This document shows, one piece after another, positions 12,594-24,260 of a stretch of 64,000 nucleotides of DNA. The notes below the pieces were generated by a model. That model ran no database searches. It worked only from the letters and a program-made list of their open reading frames with translations, and had not been told where the DNA came from. Source of the stretch: Lytechinus pictus (taxonomy: Eukaryota); assembly GCF_037042905.1 (NCBI RefSeq), contig NC_087247.1:13330001-13394000 (forward strand), read 5' to 3'. Within the stretch, counting starts at the first letter, position 1, and every line of letters begins with the position of its first letter. The translations under genes and the position numbers were made by a program.

Positions 12594-15500
12594 ATGAACC
12601 CGCCCGGACAAGGCTATCCACCGCCCCAACAGGGATACCCTCCACCTCAGCAAGGGTACCCACCGCCCCAGCAAGGGTACCAACAGCCACAGCAAGGAGG
12701 GTACCCTCCACCACCCCAACAAGGAGGGTATCCACCGCCACAACAAGGGTACCAGCCGCAACAACAGGGAGGGTATCCTCCGCCCCAACAAGGTTACCCA
12801 CCACCCCAACAGGGAGGGTACCCACCGCCACAACAAGGTTACCCACCACCACAACAAGGAGGGTACCCACCACCACAACAAGGGTACCAACAGCCACCTC
12901 AACAGCAGCAACCGGTGCCAATGGAGGTTGGCCAAGCACCTCCTCCACATCAACCTACTGGACCACTGGGATCAGCTGCTCCTACTCAGGATAGGGGTAA
13001 TGCTGTGTTACCAGGGGGTGTAGATCAAGGCACCGCCCAACCTGCTGGGGGTGCTAAACCCCCGATGGCCAAATACGTTGGTGATATTCCCGATGAAGAT
13101 GTATCGGGAGATTCCGATGATGAAGTAAGCAGATATGACTTAATTTCACCCCCCCCCCCGGAAAGAAGTGAACGTACGATTTACAAAGCGTTAATTTGCT
13201 ATTGCGTTGTAGTGTTGCTTATAATAGACCACTATCACTAAATTTCTTTCTAAAAACAGGAACGCTTGAAAGTGTGCAAGATGCGATCCATTTTCGAAGC
13301 AAATTTTGGTGTGAATGTTATTTACTATAGGGAAATATATCATTCTATACAAAGGGATAATAGATGGAATTATTTTATCATTTACGTCAATATATTTGTA
13401 ATATGTTCTTTCATTTTTATCGTATATTTATAATAAATCAACTTGAAGGATAAGACTAGTTTTAGCGCCATAGTACTACATCCGTGGTCATATAGCACGG
13501 ACAAAGGAACGTTTAGCGGCCACTTAACTCCATCACAAATTAATGCAAATTAACTTTTTATTACAAAAATAGAAATGTAATATCATTTTTCCTGTTTATG
13601 ATGACAGGTTACGGACGCTCCCACTACCGAATTAGCATATGATAAGATGGATAAGGTCACTGGATATGATGATGTGATGGGGGTCAACTTTTTACCACCC
13701 CCTCCACCTACGTATGACGAGGCTGTCAAACGCCCCACCCATCAGACCGACGGGGTGTAAGTATATTCCAAAATGGTATAACTCTCGATTTAAAAAAAAA
13801 AACATCGTGTGTACATTCCGTTTGACTGTACAGTGCGTATCAAAAAAAAGTTTACACTTTGAAAAAGCCGTGGGAATTAAATAATGTACAACATGTGGGT
13901 AATTTTTTCACATATAATCTTGGGTTTGGTTGTCATCTATCCAATGAAAGTAACAGTTTTGACAGAATGTTACACTTGAGTGAGCACTGTCCATTTTTGT
14001 AAAGCTCGCAGAAATCTGTTTGCGCAGAAATGCTCGTTTTCACTCTGTGTCAAGGGGTAAGGGAGAAATCAAACTTACCCTGCGAAATATTTCTCATACA
14101 TTTCCCTTGCACTTTTGGTCAGTTGAAATAAAACGGATACATTCAAGCATTTTTGCCACCCAAAGTGAAATTTCAACACTTAGTAAGCACAACCTTTACC
14201 CTTTTTGCGCCAGCTGTATCTGAGGACATACTGAATCTGAACAAAAGTTTATATCAGACATCTCCACTAAGTTTTTATCATTTAAAGTGAGTTTACATTT
14301 TATTTTTCATTAATACTTGTTTCTCCACACTTTTCCCAAGCTTGACAATGATTAACAAAATGAAAATCAAGCCTAAGCCATTTCATGTAAATCACAGCTC
14401 AGTGTAAGCAAATATCGTCACGATGGCCTCGGTATGTGGGGGAGTGGGGTAGGGCGCAATACACTCTTCGAAGTGTTTTGGGCAAGGAAACAAGTTTAAA
14501 AAGGTAAAAGATCTCTTCAAATCAATTTTACTAGCTAAATTCAATGTGTTCTTCATGATTAAGGTCTACTTTTATTCGCATAACTATCTCAAAGTTCTGC
14601 GCAAATCATTTTTCAATAACTTTTCAAAAGTAAGTGGTGCTCACTCAAGCGGAAATATTTTTCAACAGTTATATTGTCATTTGCTTAAATGGATCTGTAC
14701 CAATGTTAAAATGTGGAAAAATCTTCAGGATATTACAAATGTATAATTTTACCGGATTTTTTCTAAGTGTAAATTTTTTTTGATACGCACTGTAGAGAGA
14801 GGGGGGGAGGAAAGATACAAGTGGTGATGATGATGATAATGATGATGACCACGACAGTGATGATTATCTTGAATCTCTCGAACCTTTTTTGGCTTTATAA
14901 CATGTTTTTAATTGTCTTCTCTCAAATCAAACAAATTATACAATAACTGAAACACGTATCACAGAATTATACATTTGTACAATGGTCATTGAGAATGAAA
15001 AAGAAAGTAAATGATAATAAAGAACATGCAACTTGTCTCTAACACAGATTGAAATTCATAAAAATCTAAAAGATAAGAGAGAAAAACAAAGATAAAAATG
15101 AACATCTTGATGATGATGATCGATTTTGATGATGATAATATAATAATAATATAGGGTATTTATATTGCGCAAATATCCACCTTGTTAGGTGCTCAAGGCG
15201 CTCCTATATTACCCGGCTAAGCTAGGCGTTCATAGCGCACACAGCTTTATGATTTTGATATAAGATGGAAACAATTTTTGTACATTTTCATATGGCTTCA
15301 ACAAACGAATGATAATGATCGGATGATCTATGATGATATTGATGATGGTGATGATGATGATGATGATGGTCGTGAAGATGACGATGATGGTGGTGGTGGT
15401 GGTAGAAGTAAACATGTCATCTTGCATGGTGCCGACTCATCCTGCACGCTTCCTCTAAACAGAATTTAACGGAGTCTATTTTAAGGTTGTTGATGAATAT

Positions 15501-18500
15501 AAATAGCATAAGCTTGTTTGTTTGGGTGATCTATTTTTTTTATTACGTTTTTTTTTTTACTATGGATACCATGTTATAAGTATAGATTATATAAATTTTG
15601 ACACAATTATGAGTGTGTTTTTTCTTCCCATTTTTTCAGGTTACCTACACTCTCTGACTCTGAAGCTCGCGAGGCGTTGTTATCCCACATAGCTGAGCAG
15701 TGTTGCTGGGGAAAGAGAGCTGCAGAGGGTCTCACCTTCACTAATATTGAACACAGCGCAGCTTTTCATGTGAGTAGAAGAATCAGCTTTAACATTATAC
15801 CAAGTTTCAAGTTCAACTGATCAATGCAAAGTCTGCAAAGTCATATGTTACATTAGTACACACCATTCGTTTGTTGAAGCCATATGAAAATGTACAAAAA
15901 TTGTTTCCATCTTATATCAAAATCATAATTGGTTTTTGCCTCTTCCGCCGTGCCGCTTTTAGGCCTACACATTTAAGATTATTTTCGTATTTAAACGTTT
16001 GCCTTTTTAGCTCTTCCATGTTTGTAACCTAGATGTGAATGATAGAAATATTAATATTTATGAATATGAATTTAAAAAACCAAAATCGCTCAATGTGTCA
16101 ACAAACATCTCTCTCTTTCTTGATCAAAATTTATTTTGGAAATCGTCGACTGATCAGCATTCATACGTTAATGATCATACTTTTTTTTCCTCTTTCAGTA
16201 CACACTGGAGACCTTTAGTGAAAGGCGAACAACTAAATGGGTTCATACTCCTTATGTTGGTAAGTTGCACTTTTAACCGAAATCATACTGGTCTCCTTTT
16301 ACTACCACACTTCACTCCCATTGACCCATCTAGCTATGAACATTGATTTAATAAATGAACTAAAGTAATTGTTCACAAACAGTGATCTAATAATGCAATG
16401 GGTATGAAAGCGATATTTTGTAACAAAAAGGAGTTATTTAGTAACAGGAATATAACGTATGTTCTGTACTGATCAAGACGTATTAAAGGTAGTCCTTAGT
16501 GTGAATAGTGCTGTTGTAGAGAATATTACCATATTCACTGCACCACAACATTGGTCCAACAATGTGCAACAGTGCCGTCATAATGAATTGCAATATATTA
16601 AAGCTTTGACACAGACCACGTTGAATATGATGTACCACAGTGTACTTAAAATAAACCACTTCAATTACACAATGTACAATAATACTTTAAAACATCAATG
16701 ATTCCACAAAGTTTCCAAAATGTACGTACTACAGTTAAATTACTCACATTGAACCACACAATTCATTCATGAATCACATTACAGCAATGATTCACAAACG
16801 TGCCACAGTGAAATCATGAGTCACATCAGTCTCACAGAGTACAGCATTCTTTGTACCGCAACAATGATTCCACAATGTGTCATAGTGCACTCATAATAAA
16901 CCACACCAAGCCCACAATGTACCACTTTACTGTTCCACAGTAATATTAAACCACATCATTTCCATGATAATTTCTACAACAATTTGCCACGGTGCACTCA
17001 TCTACGAACCAAACCTATCCCACAATGTAACACACCATTTTAATCTACTCCACAGTGTGCCACAGTGCATTCATGACCACATCAATCCCATATAATGAAC
17101 CACATTTATTCTACAGTGTGCCACAGTGCGCTCATAACGATCTACATTAATCACATAATGCACTATATTCACTGTATCACAGTAATTATTCCCACAGTTC
17201 AATTAATAATGAACTACATCAGTCCCATAATGTACCACAGCAATGATTCCGGTGCCACACATACTTACCAGTCTGTGGGATTGATGTGGTAGCTTACCAC
17301 ATCAATCCCACAGCTAGTGCACCACATTTACTGTATCACAACATATACTCCACAGTGCACCACAGTGTGAAACACATAATGAACATCTACTACATCAACT
17401 TAACCACAATTATTCCAGTGTGCCACAATGCAATGACAGTGAACCAACTCAATCCAACATTGAATGAATTACATTCTTTTTCTTCTTCTGATAAACATTC
17501 ACACTAACAAATAATTCAATACTGTTCCACATTGGCCTTATGAACCAATAAATAATAATATTTACTGTGCAATGCAATAATTTCAGTGTGCCACATTGAT
17601 TTCACAATAAATCACATTAATCCAATATTGTGCCACAAAAATGATTCCACAGTGTACCACAGTGCACTTTTGATTAACCACAGAAATACCATAATGCACC
17701 ATGCTCACTGCACCACAAGGACTCCTGTGACACAATGCATTTACACAATCACCCACATCGATCCCATAATGATGCCACAGTGTACGTACCACAGTTAACT
17801 TGCAACGAACTACATCAATCACATAATCATCATTCATACCAACAAATAATTCAATATTGTTCCTCATTGGTCTTATGAACCAATAAATAACCATATTCAC
17901 TGTGCAATGCAATAATTTTAGTGTGCCACATTGATTTCATAATTAACCACAATAATCCCATATTGATCCACAAAAATGATTCCACAGTGTACCACAGAGC
18001 ACTGGTGATTGAACACAGAAATCCCACATGCGCCACATTCACTGCACCACAATGATTCCTGTGCCACATTGCATTCACAATAACCTACATCGATCCAACA
18101 TATCACATTCAGTGTACCACAATAATGATTCCACAGTGTACCACAGTTCACTTGCAATGAACTACATCGATCACATAATCATCATTATGTACCATATTCA
18201 ATGTATCATAACAATAAAATGAGTCCACAATACAATTCACAATGATTCCACAGTGTACCACAGTTCACTTGCAATTAACTACATCGATCACATAATCATC
18301 ATGCACCATATCCACTTTACCAAAAAAATTGAATTAGTCCACAGTGCAATTCAGAATAAACCGCATCAATCCTGATTATTCACTGTATACCACAGTGCCA
18401 CAATACACTCATAATGAACCAAATGAATTGCAATAATGTACTACATTCACTCTACTTCAACAATTATTCCAGTCTCACAGTGCACACATAATATAACTGA

Positions 18501-21500
18501 ATTACTCTCATAATGATCCACAACATTGATTCCACAGTGTGGCACAGTGCCCTCATAATGAACCACATCAATCCTTCAACAATTTAATTTTTTACAGTCA
18601 ATGTATAACCTTCTATTTAATTAAGAACACACTTGAGAATAACCTTTTTTCTTATTTTCTCTGCAATTATCAGGTCAACCTATTGATGGACCTCACAATG
18701 GACCAGCTCCACTCCCATGGGCCATCACTGCAGATTTCCCGGCCCTCTTTAAAAATCACACCAGGAAGATTGAAGTGCCCCATACAGCATCAGTAAAAGT
18801 AAGTTCATATACCAGCCTCTTAAAACAAACATTTTATGATGGAAAATTAAACATGACAATTTATCATACTTTCATCTAAAATTAAAAAATATATATATAT
18901 TGTGGAAGAGCCGTGGTGTAGTGGTTCTGACTCTTGCCTTGAAAACAGAGGGTCGTGTGTTCATTAATCCACACTTTGCCACTCTCTAACCAGGTGCTAA
19001 ATGGGTACCCGGTAGGATGCGAAAGCCTATGTAATATGCCTAGCAATTGAGTCTTAGAACTCTTGATGGAATGCTCCCCAGGTAGTGGAGAAGGTGCATA
19101 AATTGTATGCAGGCATGCAAGGATCCGATGGCCATCATGGGAAAAGCGTTATATAAAAATAGCTATTATTATTATTATTATTATATTTTCAAGAGAATAC
19201 ATTCCTGTCCCAGACAAAGCGGAATCCTAGAATTATCAATGCTTCAGCATAACTTAAACCAAATTTAAATCAAGTAATACTTCTTGATGCTCCTCTCACA
19301 TCTGATTCAACTTATAATATGGGTACTTCACACATGAGTGAGTACAAAGAATTTTGATAAGGATAGAACATTCTCTAATGGTTTACGCGACCAAAGTAGG
19401 CCCCATCAACAAATCACAACTGATAAAATCCTGCTCATTTTAAACATGATAATAACAATAATTAGAAATTTCCTGATTGACTATGTGATGTAAAATGTGG
19501 AAATACCCCCATTATATCATCACTATATCAGGGTCACTTTTTAAAAGTCACTTTGTAGCTTCTAAAAGTAAGTTTTTGCTTCTTATACCTTCCAGTTTTT
19601 CCACTTTATACTTTTTCCAAGATACTATATTTTATGATTTTAAAAATTGACAATTAAAAAAAGAAATATCCCGTTTGTCTCCTAATTGCAGCCTTGTCAC
19701 AACTGTCGTGTGACTGGTTATATTCGCTGCCCAAGGTGTTACGGAAGAGGAAATGTGAGTAACCATTTATTACCATTCATTTTATCTGAATTGCACTATG
19801 AATTTCAGAAGTATAGACTTTTCTGTACTTCCAAATCAGGGGCCGCGGAACGGTTTTCAAAGTGGGGGGGCTGAGCCAAATGTGGGGGGGGGGCTAACCA
19901 TGCTAAAATCACAATCATATGGTAATTTTTACGTTTTTGTACACGGTTTTTGAAAAAAGTGGGGGGGGCTGAAGCCCCCCAGCCCCCCCCCCCCAGGTCC
20001 GCGGCCCCTGCAAATGCACTGAGATATTTTTATGGATAACAGTCATGTTCATTCCAGGTACAATAGTCAGTAGAAAATAAAGAGAATTTATATGTCCACA
20101 GTTGGAAATATATGGTGATGGCTGTTTTCTATAAAGTGTGCATCCAACAACAATTTCATGCGATGACATGACTCTAGAGAGTGGGCCCGTTGTCTTATAA
20201 TCAGGGAGAAGTTATGTATATATTTACCCAAGGAAACTATTCCCATTCAATGTTGTTAAAGTACCACAAATGTTCATTCAATATACCAAGTTCTTGGCTA
20301 AATAAACAATGCAAATTCATCTTTTCTCAGAGATATATAGTCATTTTATTACTTGGTCAAATGGCAAACCCCCAAAATCCATCCCATTCATAATACAGCA
20401 AGGGCACACTACAAACTTCACATGAATAATTATGCAGGACATGCATGAGACAATAAAATATTTATCACATCTTTTTTTCTTGTGGTTTATAGGTTCGTTG
20501 TCGCCGTTGTGGTGGTGACGGTAGGAGGAGGGTCAGACGTTACAATTCCAACACCAAGCATCATTACTATACTACGGTTACATGCCATAGCTGTGGAGGG
20601 GATGGCAGGAGAACGTGAGTACAGTTCCATTATTGAAAAAAAAAAAACTTGCAATAGGAGTCACATGACGAGTCACATGACCTGCTAGCTGATCACAAGG
20701 CTTGAAGTCATATTATGAAAAAAGGGCTATTTTAATAAAGTATTCACAAGGATAACCATGCAGAAGAGGATGAACAATAGCTATTCATTATCAAAGGAGA
20801 TGGTCACCACAGCCATAAAATAGAATCATTTAAGAGTCTCTATAAATCAAATAAGATTAAAGGTGAATATTCTTATCAGATTAGTGACCCTCTTCTTAAA
20901 ATATGAGTAGTCTTCCATTATAGCTACCCTCTTTATAAACATTGACCCTTCAAAATTCGTAACCCCAGTGGGTCAGATGCATAAAAAGTAGCCATTGCTT
21001 GCAAGCAATTGCTTCGTCAAGCACAAGTAATTGCTAGCCAAGCAAATTATCAAGCCTTAGCGATTGATCTTTTTTAATTTGCATAACCCTTTGCCTGTGC
21101 TTCAACCCTGTTCTTGCCTTCAGAAAGCCATTGCTAGCGTTTTGAACAATAGCGACGTCATGCTGGTGCAAACACGATTAGAACAAAGGCGAGACTCGGA
21201 TGCAAAGGTGTACATGTACTTGGCAGTGCAAAATAGCACATCTCCCATGTAACATCTTTCCCTTAGATAAGGTGTCAAAAAATTCCTTGAACTCGTTTCT
21301 AATTAATAAATTTATATTATTAGCAGACGATTTGCACTTACTAGGAAGAAAACATTACATGTAGGCTACTGTACACTCTCTCGGGGGGCATAAACATGAT
21401 AAATGTGAACACACTGGTCAAGCAAACGCTCAAGCTGCTCTGATGGTGCTTTAAAAAACGCCGAGCAAATGCTTAAATACACAAGTAAAAGGTTCGCTTT

Positions 21501-24071
21501 ATGTATATGCTTTTTAGCAATAGCTAATGCTAGCGGGCAGTTAACAATTGCCTGAGCTTCTGAGCGAAAGCATTTGCTTGCTCATATTAACACGTAAAGA
21601 ATCAAGCCAAAGCCAAGCAAAAGCCTCGCATTATGAATAGCGACCTCCATTTAATCACATGAATAGAAGACGTTATGAATAATGGACCTTCTGACTTTTA
21701 TGAATAGTGATCCTTTTCCTTATATCGCAAGTGGATCGACCTTTGGGTAAAAAATAAATGAGCTGAACATGCATTTTACGTGTCAAGCCAGACTGGTGTG
21801 GGAATATGAGAAAAAAAATCATGTCTGTTACGCTTTATGCGGGCTTTCCTTTTTTATTTTATAGATGTTTCCGTTGTAGTGGCTATGGCCAGATCACATG
21901 TCCAGTATGTGAAGGCAACACCCAGCTCAAATGTTACATAGAACTCACAGTCGAATGGTAAGCATTCTTTCAAATTATTCTCTCTGTATGCTCTGTTAAT
22001 TACATGAGGTTGAACAATCAGCATCATTAGGAAAACTAGGCTATATAAGATAAGCCAAAGCTAGAGCCCTGTTTGATGAATATTGGTTAATAGACACCAT
22101 CACCATATATTATGTATACCAACAACTTTACAGTAATAAAAACTTCTTAATTAAATGGACCTAAGGATACTATGCTATCCTTAAAATTATTCAAGAAATG
22201 CATTTTATGGAAGATTTTTGTTGTTGTTGTTGTTGAGACAGAATATCATTAACTTGAAAACTACAAGCCTACAAGGCATTTCAGGGGAGAGTTTCATCAA
22301 TATCTATCACCCGACAAGTTGTCAAATCTGACCACTTTTCTAGGTTGTGATTGGCTGAGAAGCACAGGTGTATCTGATTGTTGCTAGGGCCAGATAAATG
22401 GCAACTTGTTAGTGGTGACAACTTTCAGTAAACGGTCCACCCACCATAACATAACATAAAGCTTTGTGGTGATGGTGATTTTCATGCTTGATTAGATAGA
22501 TTGATAATTGTGTATAATCTATTGCAAAAATCAGCCTCATTATCAATCGCTAAACTGTTTTAAGTTTCGGTGATCAGTTCTTATCACAGTCCTGCTTTTC
22601 CTGACTACTTGCCATATATGCAACTAATTGGAACTGATAGTTTGTAGCACACAGTTTATTTCCTTTGACCGATGAACAGGCTTTGTCCTACAAGCATCGT
22701 TGGATTCAAGTAAAGTTAGGTAAAGATAAGTGATATATGTAATTAATGTTTATTTTTTCTTATTTGTCTGTGCAGGATCAATCACGTTGAGGACAATATC
22801 GTAGAGAGGACTGCTCTACCGGATGAACTCATCCGTAATGTCACAGGCAAGATGGTGTTTGAGGAAGAACTTCCAAAGGTACAAGACATTCTTAAAAATC
22901 ATTATTCAAAATAACCAGTGTTGTCGGTCAATAAAGCCCACATTCTGAAGTCTGGCTTAACTTACACCATTGTCTACCTCTGTGCAAAAATTATGGGAAG
23001 CCAAAAATGTTAAAAAGTTTCATTATGCACCTAATATTTATTGTGTTCTTTTTACCAAGCATTTAAGGTGAAGAAAATAAAAATATTCAAAGAATTATTA
23101 ATAAAATGGGCACCAAATGTAGTGTCAAATCGAATCAATACTGCTCGAAATTTTTAATGCAATGCCTATCCATTGTTAAACCACACCTTTAAATCAGAAT
23201 TTGAATTAAATCAGAGTTCAGAATACAGGCCTAAACAATGTGTCCCACCAACAAAATGGTCAAAATCGACCAATTTATTGGTTAGAATCTACCAAACCTT
23301 TCGTTGATATTGACAATTTTTATTGGTTGAACACATATATTCACTGATAGCCTGGTTAATTTGAGTGCTTTCTCTCCTGCATTCCTTTGTATTCAATCAC
23401 ATCTATAAGTAAGAGGGAGCCCTTTTTTTTGGTAACCTAATGTCCTAATACTACATCTTTACAGCAAATGAATGGCAAATGACGGTGAGATTTGTTAAAC
23501 AGCTCGATTTGGTTTGTAATAGATGTGAAATGTGCAAATATTTTCACTTTCTCGTTTGTAGGTGTGGCCTATAACACATTTTCCGGATGAAGCCATCAAC
23601 CAGGCATCTCAGAGAATCGTCAAGAGACACGAGGACTCATTCAAGAATGAGAGATTGCACAAGCAGGTAAGGAAATCATGCTTTAAGGGTGATATTATTT
23701 TCATTTTGCATTTCAAAGCAAAGACAATATCAGAGGTATTTATCATGCATCAACACAATCAAAGAGAAAACATTGATCACGGTATAGTATGCAGCATTTA
23801 GAATCATTTGTTGTAAGTCCTATTAATTATGTGAGCCGCATCTGATCTGCATCCAAATATAATTATTCATGAAAGGGGTATTAGTTTATAGCTCAAAGTA
23901 AAAAAAGTTGTATTTCCTCTACAGCGTCATCATGTTCGGATCATCCCTGTGGCTGAACCAAAGTGCCTGTATAACGACAAAGCATTTGTATTCTTTGTCT
24001 ATGGCTTTGAGCATCGGGTGTATGCTCCCGAATACCCCATGCAGTGTTGCTGGGGTTGTAGCGTGCTTTAG
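12594..24071 (+). CDS. SSUH2: SSUH2-like protein (DnaJ-type CxxCxGxG zinc-finger repeats), 11 coding exons, 542 aa
   Basis: Exons 12594-13124, 13608-13756, 15640-15769, 16199-16259, 18674-18798, 19692-19754, 20493-20614, 21865-21957, 22776-22878, 23562-23666, 23925-24071. All introns are GT-AG and the total is 1629 nt in frame. Motifs [37 protein letters not shown], repeated CxxCxGxG and [21 protein letters not shown] possible non-coding exon ends at ~10761 (ga|gtaagt). Confidence 0.9.
13831..14792. mobile_element. Non-autonomous Tc1/mariner-type DNA transposon
   Basis: TIR CAGTGCGTATCAAAAAAAAGTTTACACTT / AAGTGTAAATTTTTTTTGATACGCACTG, flanked by TA on both sides. Confidence 0.88.
15137..15248 (-). 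mobile_element. 5'-truncated SINE (3' tail only)
   Basis: Nearly identical to the tail of the SINE at 62597-62867. (TAT)n tail, inserted in a (GAT)n tract. Confidence 0.8.
16540..18580. repeat. Degenerate satellite-like tract (ccacagtgtaccacagt motifs) in an SSUH2 intron
   Basis: Recurrent CCACAGTG/CCACAATG motifs and a ~334-bp internal duplication (copies start at ~17507 and ~17841). Confidence 0.7.
18901..19185 (+). mobile_element. tRNA-derived SINE (diverged)
   Basis: A-box-like GTGGTGTAGTGG, central CCAGGTG..AATGGGTACCCGGTAGGA shared with the SINEs at 61-63 kb, and an (ATT)n tail. Confidence 0.75.
19837..20010. mobile_element. GC-rich MITE, CAGGGGCCGCGGA TIR, 5-bp TSD
   Basis: CAAAT is duplicated at 19832-19836 and 20011-20015. 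Confidence 0.82.
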
Positions 24072-24260
24072 GGAGATACCCCATGAAGTGTTGATGGGGT
24101 TGAAGTGTGCTGGAGGGGTTGTAGGGAGATACCACATGCAGTATGTCTAGGGTTGTAGCATGCTGTAGGGAAGGTTCCTCATGCATTCCTGGGGTTATAG
24201 CTTGTTGAAGGGAAATATCCTGATGCAATGTGGCTGGGGTTGTAGCATGCTGTAGGGAGG
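24032..24260 (+). repeat. ~44-bp tandem repeat derived from the SSUH2 C-terminal coding segment
   Basis: About five diverged copies of ataccccatgcagtgttgctggggttgtagcgtgctttagggag; the first copy is the true CDS end. Confidence 0.8.

Noticed and set aside
12478-12953. Antisense ORFs of 156 and 142 aa
   Set aside because: Shadows of the SSUH2 GYPPPQQ repeat exon.
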